DNA of 64,000 nucleotides from the human T2T-CHM13v2.0 reference genome, Homo sapiens: NCBI RefSeq assembly GCF_009914755.1, contig NC_060938.1; one strand, 5' to 3'. Shown piece by piece: positions 40,813 to 56,479 of this stretch (position 1 is its first letter; each line of letters starts with the position of its first letter). The notes under the pieces were generated by a model. It saw only the letters and a program-made list of their open reading frames with translations, ran no database searches and was not told where the DNA came from. The position numbers and the translations under genes were made by a program.

Positions 40813-43649
40813 TTTTCACATTAGTCCTTAAACAGCATTATGACTTTGAATTCCACCCACTTCTTTCCATTTCACAGGCAAAATAAGAGCAGTAGAAAAT
40901 GATAAAGAGTGGTGTGGGTGTGTAAGTAGATATGAGGAGGAACATTTCTCTATAAAGAGAGGTGTTATACTATGGCCCCTTTTAACCAATCAAATATGTA
41001 TTGAACACCTACCACGTACAAAACATTGTGGGGAACAGACAAGTATACACAAGTATAAGCCACAGGCCTCTCCTTCAGACTGTGCAGAAGCCTATATCAC
41101 TTGTTTATTTGTTCCAGAGGATGCAAAAATGTTTTTAATGCCCTGGCTCTGTGGTGGCAGTGGGAATTGGGAATGCACCATGGGCTTAGAATGAGGCAGC
41201 CTCAGCCCAATTCACTCACAGCTTTATAGATGGAGGAGGTTGCCTAAGTTGCCTCTAGGGAACTTCCATTTCTCTCTCTCACTGATGTGATAGAGCCCAC
41301 TAATTTACTTCAAATGCCTTTTAGCCATTGAACAAAAGCTCTTATTTCTCTTTCTTCAAAATATTTAAATACCCTGAGGGCCCTATAAAACTAGGATATG
41401 TGATTGGACTCTCAGCTGTATGGGTGTTAAAACAGCTGTTTTTTGTTTTGTTTTGTTTTTGTTTTTGATTTTACTGATGGGTTAACAGTCTGGAAGACTC
41501 CTCATGCACTCATTTGTTCCTTTATACTATGGGGTGATGTAAGCCATAGTACATGGGCTGCTTTGCAGTCTGTTGAAGAGCAGTATTAGGAAATACGCTA
41601 GGGAAAAGCAGCATTTTAATCGGTGATTTATGTGCACGTCTTAAAAAGCCTTGTCAAGCTCGCTTTTCCCATTTAACCTTGAATTCTTTTCATAATGTTG
41701 TATCTTGATTTTATGTTTCTTAATGTGCCATATTTTTCTCCACAATAGATTTTAAGCTAAATTGGCCCAAAACAAGAGGGATGCTGAACGCTTTTTGTAA
41801 CCATGGAAACATTTCTGGGCACTTACTAAGGACCTGGTTGCCAATAGTAATGTAACAGAGAAAATAGATACACTTCATTTAGCAGTTGCCGATGATTAAG
41901 AGGCAGAGAGACTACTTATAGTGTCATCCCAAGATAGGCTTTTTGGTTTAAAGACTCAAATCCAAAACACCACCTTCTCAGTAGAGAAGCAGCTATGACA
42001 CCTTTGATATGTGATGGGAAGGAGTTCTAATTGCATTTAAAAATCATTGTTTTCAGTTTTTTACCTCATGCTTTTTTTGAAGCTGTTTTTTAACCACATA
42101 TATTTGTTTCCAAGAAATATGCTCACTATTTCCTGAAATAGCCTGCTAATGGAATTAATGTGTTCCAAGCACATTGGCATATAGAACTTTAGAAACAATC
42201 TCGGAACGTACTTAAAATATAGAACAACAGGCTTTGAAATCATGGTGATATTTGACTTTTCAACCAGATTACTCTGCTATGCTAATGTAACATGGAAGGG
42301 AAAATCCTACAGTGTTCTTAGTTGTTGATTGATTTCAACCCTTTGCAGATTGAAGGTATTTTCTTCTGTCAGTATTATTGGGATTGCTTGTGGCAATTGA
42401 GACTAAATGGTATCAGATAATATAGCTGATCCACAAATCACAGAGGCCTTATCTTTTCTACAGGATATACTACTGCATGTCAAATGTTGCATTCCACCTT
42501 TCCTTCCTTTGCAATACTGGAACTTTGCTTTTCCATTGCATAAGTGCTTTCTTGAAAGTAAGCCTACACCTAGTTAAATTTATCTTCATTTGTTAGTCCT
42601 TCATTTGATAGTATTTGCCATCATGTTCCTTGGTTATGCAGAAGTGTCCAGGGAAAAAGGTTTAATATTCTGTGGCTGATTCAGAATCTGTTTTCTAAAA
42701 GCTTTATACAGTTAATTTTCTTGATATTTTGATTTGCATGTTTTAGCAAGGGTAGATATTAATGAACATGTTAGCAGCTGACATACAGTTTTCAAAGCCT
42801 TAACGTTTAAGTTGAGAAGATGATTATTCCCATTGTTACGTATTTTGCAGTTTTGTGTCATTTTTGGAGGAAATTTCAGGCATATAACAAAATCCTATGT
42901 GGACAGAAGTTAGAATATGTAAGATACAAATGATCAGACAATTCAATCCTTACTTTGACTTCTGGATGTTGTTATGATAGAATACTGGAACATTTTGAAG
43001 GACAGATTCAAAATAAGAAAATTAAGTCCTTTTTTTTTCTATTCTTAACATAATTAGGAATGGATTAGAGGAATTAGAGGCAAGTTATCCTCCAGATAAG
43101 CTTAAATCCCATTTTAACAATTCTCAAGGAATAAAAAAAATTTTCTTTATTAGTGGAATCACTTGATAATTTTTTTTTAAAAAAGCTCAGAAGTTTTCCT
43201 TGCCCTATAAAAAGTAAGAGGAGGGATATCTTTTTTTCAATTACCCAGCCAAAAGGGGAAGAAGCCAGAGCTAGACAGGAACTACAAAATCAATAAGGTC
43301 TTTTTTCATGTATCTTATTTCTTCTTCCTGAGGAATATTCTTACCTGTGTGTTTGTGTGTTGTTTATTTATTTATTTATAAAAATATGGAGATATTATCC
43401 TCTTCTTCCCTCTTCCATTCTTTTTTCTTCGGTAAATCTCCTTTCTTTCTTCGCTGGTACCCTCTTCCCATATCTGCCCCTGAGGAGAGCGAGTCTTGTT
43501 TCTGAAAAGGAGCCTTACAGTGGGAGGAGTTTCTAAAATGTGATTATAAGTTCCTCTTCCCTTTGAACTCATGTTAATTATGCTAAGGGCTGGTCTAGGT
43601 CATTGCTAATGGAGTTCTTAGTGCTCTTTACATTTCCTAGTTTGTAAGT

Positions 43650-44230
43650 TTATGAAACATTTTTAAAACAGAAAAATATAGAGTAATATAACAAAGAGTC
43701 ACAGATTGCCACTTTGCCAGATCTTAACATTTTGTCATATTTAATTCAGATTTATTTTAAAGAAGCCATCCAGGACAGAGGGAATTGAAATCCCCTAAGA
43801 AGCCCTTTTTGTTTTCTTTCTTTTCTCTACTCACTGGGGTAAAACAAATCTAAATTTGGAAATTATGATTCCCATTGTGTTTCTGTTTTCTTTTTTTTTT
43901 TTTTTTGCTGCAAGCATATGTAACTGTAAACTACATATAACATAATTTTGCATGTTTTAAAACTTTATACAAGTGATATAATGCTAAACATAGTATTTTG
44001 CAACTTTTTTCCTTCCTTCTCAATGTTATGTTTTTGAGTTATGCAGATACATGTAGATTTGTTTTATTTTTACTGCTACATGGTAGTCAACTGTATTAAT
44101 TAATATACCATTTTCCATCCTTCAATTGATGAACATTTAGTTTGTTTCTAAACTTTCACTATTAAAAATAATTCTGCAATATTAATATCTCTTTGAGCAC
44201 ATATACTGGAGTTTATTTAGATGGTATGTA
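43650..44230 (-). mobile_element. L1ME 3' fragment
   Basis: aactttatacaagtgatataatgc..., tgatgaacatttagtttgtttctaaact...ctgcaatattaatatc. Confidence 0.6.
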
Positions 44231-44741
44231 TGAAGAGACAGTCCTATTCTACACCTCCTTCTTAAAGTAGGTAGTTTCTTTCCTGGTCGAGGTCCCTTGA
44301 ATAAATTTCCTTCCCTTCCCTTGCTTTATCTTTAGATGGTTCATATTGGCTTCTTCTCTCTGTCACCAAAAGAGTCATAGTCAATAGTGAACTTAAGGCA
44401 TTAAAAGAATCTAAGTATTAGAAGTTGTCTGTTTGTTTAGTAGCAAGTTTAAATAATGAACAAATGAGAACATGGGCAGTGATTCCAAATCTTAGGAGGT
44501 TTACAGGCTCCTTTGAAACTTTAATGAAAGTTACAAACTCACTTGTCCAGAAAGATACATCATGACATATCAAAAAAATTTATAATGACACTTCATGGGT
44601 TCATGGACCTCCTGAATTTTATCTGTCTTACTCTAGATTAAAGTCAACCAAGTTTACAAGAGGAAACTAGTAATAATACAGTCAGGAGTTAATCATTGTA
44701 CATTCATTTTTGGCTTTTCTAAGAATATAAAATTGGAGAAA

Positions 44742-45345
44742 TGTGTTGGAATCTGTGCTGGTTCTCAAACTACTATCTCTCAGCTCAAATCCATTCTTCT
44801 AGATTCTGCTTTGGATGTTGGGTTTAGAATTCTGCAAACTACGGTTCTCCTATGTTGGCGGGATCCTCCTAGGTTCTCCTATGCCCAAAAGAGCAGTAAA
44901 AAGACATTGAAAGATGGGAGGAGGTGAGAAGGGACTTACTGATTCCTGTTTTACTCACTGTTCCTATTAGGGGTACTCCAGCACAGCCCCTCACTCTGCT
45001 ATCAGCAGTTTGGGTTCTCGTCTGTAACTTCTTTCAGTGTTCCAGAACCAGCCTCATTGCAACCCACTCAGAGGAATAGCACCTGTCAGACAGTTTCTCT
45101 TCCTCAGATGCCTGAGCCCAATTCTGTGGTGCTTCCGATTTCTGATATTTCTGATAATTTGACTGCTTCCCTTTGGTTCCTCAGTCCTAGGGGTGCTAGC
45201 TGCTTCATGCAGTTGTAATCTCTGGCCTATTTCCCTATTCTTCTTCCTATTCATTTGACATCCAGTACCTGTGAAACCAATACCCTGTATTAAATAAATT
45301 GCCTCTGTTGAAATAATTTCTGCTTCCCTGAAATTTGACCAATAG
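44742..45345 (+). mobile_element. Old ERVL LTR (LTR41/LTR52-like)
   Basis: tctctcagctc...ctgcaaactac..., ends ccctgtattaaataaattgcctctgttgaaata...ctgcttccctga. Confidence 0.45.
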
Positions 45346-47126
45346 TGTAGTGAAAGTATTGTCAAAGCATTTGTATAGATTATAAAATAGTCTATGTTAA
45401 GTGCACAAAACTTAGATTCTGCAGGTAAACTGCCACTTTCTGGAAATTATAGGTAACTGATGAAGCAGACATCTATGTCTTACCCATATGTGATATTCAC
45501 CAGCCAAACAAATAAATATAACATGTCAGGTGATGAAAAGTGCCATGTAGAAAAATAAAGCAGGATAAGGGGATACAAATTAATTAGATGAATGCTACCT
45601 TAATAGGGTGGTCCTATATTTTATAGGATGATCTCTCTGAGAAGGCAGCATGTAAACAGAGACCTGAATGAAGTGAAGATGAGAGCTGTGCAAATATTTG
45701 AGGGAAGAACATTCTGGGTATAGGGAAAAATAACTGGTCATGCCCTGGGGTGGGGTGAGGAGTGTTTTGGTATTCGATTGATTCACTTTGCCCGTGCTTA
45801 TTAGCATCTGGTCATCGGTAATACCATCCAGTGGTTACTCTGGAATTTCTGCTATCCTAGAAATTTCCTAATATTTAATACATTTTTACTGAAGGATGTC
45901 AGGTATAGGATCATCACAGGAGACATTGCTGTTCATGGAAGGACTTTGAGAACTTTTATATTATTTCAAAAATTGTTTGTCTTTTTTTTTGCGGGGAGGT
46001 GGGGGTGAGGATAAACAAAGTTGAAACATCAAGCAGTATCTTCTTAAGCTGTAATATCAGAGCCTATTTCAAAACCAAAATAAGAACTTTAGGTTTTTCT
46101 GGGACTACTTGGTTTTTATTCTGTTTCGATCTCACAAAAAGTAGCCACTGCAAACCCTATGTGCAGAAAGTTAGAAAACTGTTCTTCAACATTTAGATGC
46201 ATGATGACCAGCAGTTACTTCTTTTGGTGTCTGCTAAATCAGTTTGTACATGAACCACAATTTCTTACCCTTAATATTTCCCTTTGCGAAGTTGGATTTA
46301 TTCTTAGCCATAAAGTGACATAGAGGCAATATTGCTTATGTCCCAGAAACCATGCTATTTACACAATTGAACTAAACTCAAATTAGGAATTTCTCGGTTT
46401 CTTATAAGCAAAGATAAAGGTGTGAGCTCAAGTAATGGATGAATCTGGGAGTAAATCTGGTTTCATGGGGAGTTCTATCCAGAAGTGCAAATGTTATCTT
46501 TGGGACCCAGTTTCTCCCCTTCAACTCCAGTTTCTGATCTCTACTTCCATCTGAGCTGGCTCCATTCTCAAGCTCCATGTGTGGTCAGATGGTTACCAGA
46601 ACCTCCAGGTTTATATCCTCCTAGGTTACAATCCAGTGGAGAAAAATAAAAAAAAACACCACCACTTTCTGGCAATAAGAAGAAAATCCTGGGATTAGCA
46701 CTAATTGGCTTGATTCACGTGGCTTGACTTAAATTATGTGACAAACTTTAGCAATCTCTGAAGCCAGGGAAATGTGATGTTCTGATTGGCCAGGCCTAAG
46801 TCACCTGCTACTTCTGGTGTTTGGGGTAGAGAGCTTTTCCAGAAACTACCTGAGAGTGGAGGAAAGGTGATTTACTGAAGAAAATGAAGATTCCAGAAGT
46901 GGAAAGAATAGATGATGGGTGTCAAAAAACCCCACAGCTCTATTAGAGGAGTCAATGCCATTCATAGACCTCTCCACTGCTTTGACATTGAATGCTGTTT
47001 ACAAGCCTGTTTCAAGGAAAAGCCTAGATTTGTTGTGTCACCACATATGCCGTATATCACCACAGGACCCCAAACACCTATTTCTCAGTGCTTATGGACA
47101 CATGTCTACCACAAGTCAGGGAACAC

Positions 47127-47127
<1 letters not shown>

Positions 47128-47172
<45 letters not shown>

Positions 47173-47201
47173 CACACACACACATATATATATATATATA
47201 T
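47128..47201. repeat. Compound (TA)n/(CA)n microsatellite
   Basis: Alternating purine-pyrimidine tract of ~74 bp. Confidence 0.95.
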
Positions 47202-47315
47202 TTGATGCTGTGCATCATCTGTCACTGCTGATTTAGATCATGGCTTTTCTCCTGCATGTTAAAAAAAAAACAACCTCTCATGCACCTTTTTAGAATAGTG
47301 TAACCATATAGGATC

Positions 47316-47880
47316 TGTATTAGTTATCTATTCATGCATAACATATTACTACACATTTAGTGGCTTAAAACAACACACATTTATTATTTCACAGTTTCTA
47401 TGGATTAGGAGTCCAGGCATGTGTTAGCTGAATCCTTTGCTTAGGGTCTCACATGGCTATAATCAAAGTATCAGCTGGGCTGCATCCTCATCTGGAAGTT
47501 TGACTGGGGAAAAGTCTACTTCTAAGCTCTCTCAGGTTGTTGGCAGAATTGATTTCTTTGTAGTTATAGGACTGAGGGCCCCAGCTTCTTGCTGGCTGTT
47601 GGTTGGAGGCCACCCTCAACTGCTGGAGGCTGTCTGTGGTCCCAGAGGCTACCTTGCCACGTAGGCTTCCCCAACATGTCTGCTTACTTCATCAAGCTAG
47701 AGTCTGATAGCAAAAGGAATCTCATGTAATGTAATTGTGGTGTGACATCTTATCACCTGTGCTATATTCTACTGGTTGGAAGCACAAGTGCCATCAGTGC
47801 TGAAGGGGGAGGGGCACCAAAGGCATGGACACTAGAAAATGGGGCTCAGGGGGGACTACTTTAGCATCTTCTTACCACAG
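47316..47880 (-). mobile_element. MLT1F-like LTR
   Basis: tgtattagttatctatt...tagtggcttaaaacaacacacatttattatttcacagtttct...gttggcagaattgatttctttgtag...cttaccaca. Confidence 0.7.
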
Positions 47881-48942
47881 GATTCTATATTGTCCATTTA
47901 AGTAAATAGAGAAATTGCGCAAAAGGTGGGAGCTACTTACATGCCTTCATGTGAGTTATTTACTCTTATAGATTTTTTTTTAGGTGAGGAAATTATATTT
48001 TTGTCTTAAAAGGCAACTTTTACTTTACCTTGGCTATTCTGCAAATGGTGCATCCAGGAATTGTTCTTAAGATGATTTTGGTTACAAGCTAAATCTATAT
48101 ATTTGAATTGATTTTGAAATTATAAAGAGAGTAAAAGGAATACAGACTGCAGGGAAACTCACATTAGCATGAGCTTTCACACGGAAAGTGCCTAAGACAA
48201 GAGACTTGCCAAGAATCCTTATTGGTTTTGTAGATCACTTCAGGTGAAGAACTTCTTAATTGTGAATGTTAGCAATAATAAGTAGAGAGTGACATCCTTA
48301 ACTATATAGTAGTTATCTATATAGTAGTTAACTACGTTGTAACCTTAACTTATGGTAGACTTTTTACATATATTATTTAATCATCATTGAAATGTTATGA
48401 GGTATATCCAGAGTGGTGGTAGATTATTATTCCTATTTTTAAATAAAAGGTGATCATTTTAGGGAGGTTAAGTAGCTTGTTCAGTGTCACTATATGGTAA
48501 AGAAGCTGGGTTTTCAAGCCACATGTATCTGACTCAAAACATCAAGGCATTCTCCTCATGGTGATGGTTGTCCCAAAGGGGGTTGAAGTGCCCCCACTTC
48601 CAGCCCATGCCTTTGCTACAAGAAATTCAGCTCAACAGCGTTTACTGGCAATGAAAAAATTCCTGGGCATTATGGTTTCTGAGAGTGGACTTACACATTC
48701 CTAGGTCGAGTTTAAGGAGTTTATGGGAAAATAGGCTGTATTTGCAGTCTCCATTTCCTCCTGCCTGCTTCTTCATTCACTGTGATTTGGCTTCTCTTCT
48801 GTCACTCCCATGGGCATGTTTTTTTGTTTGTTTGTTTGGATTGCCGTGACCTCCTGAATGGTTTAGTAGCAAAATCAGTCTTCCTCCCCACCTCCTTCAA
48901 CTTTACCTGACTTATTTTGACAGTTAAAATTGTTGACTATTC

Positions 48943-49270
<328 letters not shown>

Positions 49271-49742
49271 TTACCTGGGTTCTGGACTCCACTTGTTCCT
49301 GGTTTTCTCCCTGCCACTCCTAGTCATTCCTTTTCATTCACCTTCCTTTGCCCGTTCCTTAAATATTTGGTTCCCTCTTATGCATCCTTCCATGACTTCC
49401 ATGACAAATCTTCATCTCTAGTCTGGACCTCTTTCGAACCGTGGGTTCACAGATCCAACTGCCTTCACGTGGATGACAGATATCACATACATGTTTAAAA
49501 ACATAACTAATCATCTTCCTTTCTTAGTTATGGACATCCTGTTATCAAAGTAAGATATAAGTCCTTCTCAATCTCTTATCCTTCACAGCTCCCCCACCTT
49601 GCCTATATTTTGTTCAGTATATACCAAATCCTATTGATTCCGTCTCTGCTGCTTATCTTGTATCTGTCCAACTCCTCCTTATCCCTACTACCTTAATTCA
49701 GATATGCATCCTCTTCTGCTTGGTCTATTCCAATAATGTCCA

Positions 49743-49993
<251 letters not shown>

Positions 49994-50781
49994 GGTTTCT
50001 CTATTTTTATGTTATTTCCATCTTTTATTCATTCTTGAGTTTCCCCCTCCGAATGTTCATTTTAAAGTCTGCATCAGATTTCATATTTTCTCATACAAAA
50101 AGCCTTCCAGTACAACTTCCTTTGAAAGATACATAGCCTTCAATGATTTATGTCTACTGTCTTCTAGCATCCTGAAATACTAAGTACACTTTATACCTAA
50201 AACCTTTGGTTTCATCTCCCCCAACCTTGTGCCTTCCTCGTGAAAACTGTTCATCTTTCAAGAGTCATCTCAAGCAGCATTTTCTCTAGGAAGCCTTCCT
50301 TGTCTTCTTTCTCCAGCTTCTGTTGCATTCTGCACATTCCCTCTCCCTGCCTTTTTCTGGCAGTTAGCTGCTTCCTCTTCTATGTTCCGATAGCATGTTA
50401 CATTTCTCAATAATATAGATTTTATATTGTATCTAAATTTTTTTATGGATGTACCCACTCAAATCTGTAGACTCTTTGAGGGGTTTATGCTTTCCCAATA
50501 ATTTTTACATTGCCAGCATTTAGCATGGCATCAGTTTCATTAACAAAAAAAAAAATGAATGGCTAAATGAAGGAACATAAACCTAATCTTAGCTGTCACC
50601 ACTGTATTTCATCATCTCCAGAAAGATGACCAGTGTAAATATCCTATAAATACTTTTAGATTACAGATTATTAGAAGAATGCAGCCGAAGTTCTTAACAT
50701 TTTTGACAGTCTGTGTTTGCCTTATGAAGACATTTGCCTTGACCTTCTCCTCCCAACATTAATGAGGACTTAAAAAACAAG

Positions 50782-51141
50782 TGCTATGATCTGAAGGTTT
50801 TTGTGTCTCCTCCACAGATTCACATGTTAAAACATAGTCCCCAGTATGATGGTATTAGGAGGTGGGACCTTTGGGAGATGATCAGATCATGAAGGCAGAG
50901 CCCTCATGAATGGGATGAGTGCCCTTATAAAAGAGGCCCCAGAAGCCGCCTTGCCTCCTCTACCATGTGAGGACACAGTGAGAAGACTCTGTCTCAGAAG
51001 TTGGCCTTCATGGGACACTGAATCTGCTGACACCTTGATCTTGAATTTCTCAGCCTCCAAAACTGTGAGAAATAAATTTCTGTTGTCCATGAGCCACTCA
51101 GTTTATGGTATGTTGTTATAGCAGCCTGAACGAACTAAAAT
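50782..51141 (+). mobile_element. MLT1A-like solo LTR (sense)
   Basis: tgctatgatctgaa...gagccctcatgaatgggatgagtgcccttataaaaga...actgtgagaaataaatttctgttg...atagcagcctgaacgaactaa. Confidence 0.85.
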
Positions 51142-51671
51142 AAGTGAAAATAAATCGTGACTATTATTGTGTCAGCCTTCACTCTTAGTCCTTAATTGTT
51201 TCTTTGAGATATAAGGCAAGACATATGAGTCCTTCCCCCAGGATAGTCCTGGGAGCTCTGGTTGCACAGGTGTGGCTAACATGGTATCACCGTTACCGTG
51301 AACAGCTGTGAATGGGTCTGTTTCAGAAAACTTGTCAATAGTGAAACCATTTACAGTGTCTCTTGATGTGTTCTGGCAACACCTCCTGAGCATGCTCCAG
51401 GAACAAAAGATCAAGGGAGCAGTAACTCTTCTCTGGCACTCCAGCTATGGAAATGAAGTCATGATGTTTCAGTTTCCATGGCACAGCTCCAAGTCATTTT
51501 CACAAGAGGTGTCCTCCTGTTAAAAGATTTTGTAGCAAAGATGAGAGAGATGTTATACATACCAGAGAGGCACTATCATTCAATATTAGTGCTGAAGAAC
51601 ATTTAATAAGATCATCATCATTTGAGTCTTTGAAATAATTCAAGTACATTTTGCTTTAAAGTTATGGCATT

Positions 51672-52025
<354 letters not shown>

Positions 52026-52982
52026 TTATTTGATGCCTAAGTATGTTTTTATAACTGCTATGATTTTATCTATGTTAACTTTATCTCTATTTCTGATGTA
52101 CATATTTGAGCTCTCCTGCTAAACTGTGGACTCTTTAGAACAGGGACCCCATATTATTACTCATCCCTGTATCCCATCACCAGTGTGTTTAGTACTGTGA
52201 TTTTCCTGTGCTAGATTCATAATAAATATTTCACAACTTAAGTTAGTGGGAAGGTTAGTTAAATTTTGCTGAAATTCTGCCATAACTTTGTCAGGCAAAG
52301 TAGAAGACTTGAGGAGAACATGCCCAAAGAATCTTAGTGGCATGCTCTTTTGGGTTGCTCTGTTTTATTGAATTGCGGGGATTTAAAAAAAGAAAATTTG
52401 TGAAAACTGATATTCATCAAATACTGGTTTTATTAATAATTCTTTAGAGATCCAAAGTTTCATTGTTGGTGTAGGAAATAAATGCTTCCTCCTACTTACC
52501 TGGTCACTTTCTCTTAGTTTCCTTTGCTTGATCTCCAATGCCTCCCTGACTTCTAAATGTTACCGTGATCTGGGGCTCAGCCTTAGGATTGGTCTCTCTT
52601 CCTGATATCATCACATCCTAATCTCATTCACATGCTGACAAATCTATAAACTATGCTTGAATTATCCAAGCATATGCTTATAACTCTGCTTGGATGTCTA
52701 ACAGATACCTCAAAATTAGTGTGTCCAAATCTGAATTTCTGACCTCCTCTCAAAATCCTGTGCTTTCCACAATTATGCTTATCTCTAAATAGCAACTTCA
52801 TTCTTCTAGTTTCTCAGTTTAAAAATCTTGGAGTTATTCATACCTCTCCCTTTTATTCATGCATGTAATCCATCAGCAACTCTGGTTGGCTCTACCATTA
52901 CAATATATCTAAACTCAGGCTGCGTCTTCCCACCATCACTGCTATCGTGGTGCTTTAAGCAACCATTATTCTCAGTGTGTGG

Positions 52983-53270
52983 TTTTTTTTTTTTTTTGAA
53001 ATGAGGTCTTATGCTGTCACCCATGCTGGAGTGCAGTGGTGCGGTCATAGCTCACGGCAGCCTTGAGCTCCTGTGTTCAGGTGAACTTCAGCCTCCTGAG
53101 TAGCTAGGACTACAGGTGCACACCATGACACCTGGCTAATTTTTTTCATTTGTTTGTAGAGACAGTGTCTCACTATGTTGCCCAGGCTAGTCTTGAATTC
53201 CTAGCCTGAAGCAATCCTCTGGCTTCACCTTCTCACAGTGCTGGGATTATAGGCATGAGCCACCTCGCCC
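52983..53270 (-). mobile_element. Alu (AluJ)
   Basis: Poly-T then gtcatagctcacggcagccttga... diverged antisense dimer. Confidence 0.9.
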
Positions 53271-53442
53271 TGTGTTATTGAACTTACCTCCTGATTTCTC
53301 TGTATCCATCTCTCCCTCTCATGTGGTCTGTTTTCGACATAGTGCATTCCTTTTAAACTTACGTCAAAGCATGTCATTCCTTTGCTGTCAATAATTTCCA
53401 AAGCATTTAGAGTAAAAGCCAGAGCCCCTGTAGTGGCAATAA

Positions 53443-53891
<449 letters not shown>

Positions 53892-56479
53892 TAGTTATGC
53901 TTTTGCACTAGCTGTTTCCCCTATCTGGAACACCCAAACTCCACATCTCCCCAGGGCTGGATTACTCACTTCCGTTGGGTCTTTGCTCCAATGTGGCCCC
54001 CTCAGAGGTCTCCCTGACTACATGAATGTAAACGGTACCTCCCTCCACTCTCCACCTGTCCCCATCCCCTTTCCATGCCTTATGTTTCACTCTACGGTGC
54101 TTCTTACTATTGGACCTGTTTTACTTGTTTGTTTGTTTCCATGAGGGCAGGCGTTTCCATCCACCTCTTTCACTGGTGTTGCCCCTGCATCTGCGCTTGC
54201 CTCATGGTGGTAACAAATCTTTGTTGAATAAATGAAAGAATACTTTAAAAAATTTGGTGTACTCTGTTTCCAAACAGTTCATTGTGACAGCATTCACAAA
54301 CTAAGTGACTGAATTTACTGTGAGACATTTTTAGTTTTGTAATCAGTGGAATTATAAGCTATTGACATGTAAGGAAAAGTGAAGTTTTTCTTCACTTCAC
54401 AATGCCTTAGAAAGAAGTAGGCCAAAGCTTGAACAGAAGGAATAACACTGTAGTAATACAAAAGATTTTATTTTTAAGCTTGAATTTTAGCAGATCATCT
54501 AGCAGAATTAGAATGCGCCTTTCTCTTAAAAGAATTGGGGAATGTGGAACTAAACACAGAAATGAAGATATTTGATATGTTTTTTTCATGAAATGAGTCA
54601 GTCCCATTTTTTAACTTATCACAGTGAGCGTGTGTGTGAAGACCCTGGTTTTTGGAGCCATCTGGGTTCAAATGCTGACGCTGCTACTTTCTTGCTGTGT
54701 ACCTGTGGGAACAGGTAGAGGCTCTCTTTTCTCATCTGAAATGCGAGGATAATGGTATCTAGTTAGATGTGAGAAGCTGTACAAACCCAGGCACAGAATT
54801 AGGATGAAACAAGCACATTTTCTGTTTTCACATATTGCTGTACTTTTTTTTGTTTTATCTTTATGGTCTTTTGAAATGTGAAGTTTGGCCTAGAATCAAA
54901 GGAGATGCTTCCAGGTGTTTGCTTCTTCATGGGGTACGTTTGCAAACACAGTGAGTCCTCTTTTGCTAGCCAGCTATATTATCAGACAATAGGCAGAGTG
55001 TAATCTAAGTCATGGGAAGTCCCTGTTCCACCCTATGAGGTGTGATTGCAGTGCAGCGGGCACTGACCGCTTTTCCTGGGGCTCCTGTGAAGATGAGCTG
55101 CCCACTACATCATTTAAAAGCGCCTATCTGACACCTGATTCTAAATGGTGGCCTGACCACAATCCCATCAAACACTAGTAATGCTGCCAGAAGGCCTGGA
55201 GATAGGCGGTAGTCAGAATTAGTCAAGGGAATTGTTCTTTTTTAAATTTTTAAATAAAGAAATCCTTTCAGGTTTTTTTCTAACTTACTAGTTAGAGATA
55301 GGTTTAAATTCATGAAGGAATTTGATTTTATCTGGGTCACTTCATAAATCACATGTAGTGGTTCCTGAAGAAATTTGCCTGACAGTCTTGATGGAGTTCT
55401 CATGCTGAATTCTGATCCCTTATTTTGTGACACCTTATTTCAGTGGGATGGAAAGAAATTCAGTGAGTGATTCCAAAATGTTTAAAAGCCTCAATTATTT
55501 CATTTTCTTAAAGAATTTTTTCACCTCAATAGTAAAAGTACATTAACATGCCACCTCACTCAAGTTTACTACTGTGTGTGTATATATCTTGTATAATATA
55601 ATATATAATAATATCCATCTTTGTCACTTAATTTTAGGAAAGCACATGTGATCCTACCGCATACACCTCTCCCTCTCCCTCTTTCTGTCCTCTTCTCTCT
55701 CCGTCTTTAGAATAGTTCCTAAAGTTACCCATACATTTGCCCAGGAATTGTTGAATTGAATTTGGAGGGTTCAGTTGCAAAGTTTTCCACATTTTCCAAG
55801 GGAGGAGGGGGACAAAAGGTAACGGAGATTCCCTTTCAACTCTTAAAAAGTTGTCCATGTTTTCATTTCCCTCTCTCCAATTCGTTTTCACCAGCCAGCA
55901 GTGGGCTCTTTCCACCTGGTTCTGACTTTGGTTAAACTCAGGGAATCTCGGCGAAGCTTAGCTAAAATTCCTGGTGGGCGTCAGGAGCCTCCTAGGATCA
56001 AGCTGGAGATTTCTAAGCGAGCATAACCACTGTGATGGTTGGGGCACCGCATGTCCCCAGTGCTGGCACACACCACCTATGCTGCTTGGCAGTGACCATG
56101 GGCATGATCCATGCAGCCACATGGCTTCTCAGGATGCAGGTGGCTTGAGAAAGAGCAAAGCTGTGAAGGTTCACACTCATAAGTGGTGACATTTTATTCT
56201 TTCTTGGAGTGTGAGCTGTTTCTGATTTTTAAAAAACCTGTGTACCTGCTCTCTATGTCGGTGCCCTGCTCATGGTTTTATTCTGTGTTGGAAATTTTCT
56301 TCTTAATTCCTCTCCTAAGAACTCATCTTGTATTATAATAATTATTAAGGCTTTTTGTGATGTTCTGTAAATATTTTTCCAAATATGCTTTTATAGAGTG
56401 TGAGTTGATCATTTTGAGGGGATGATTATTCCATTGCTTTTACGGTCACAATCACTCCAGAAGGCAAGAGTAAAATCCA

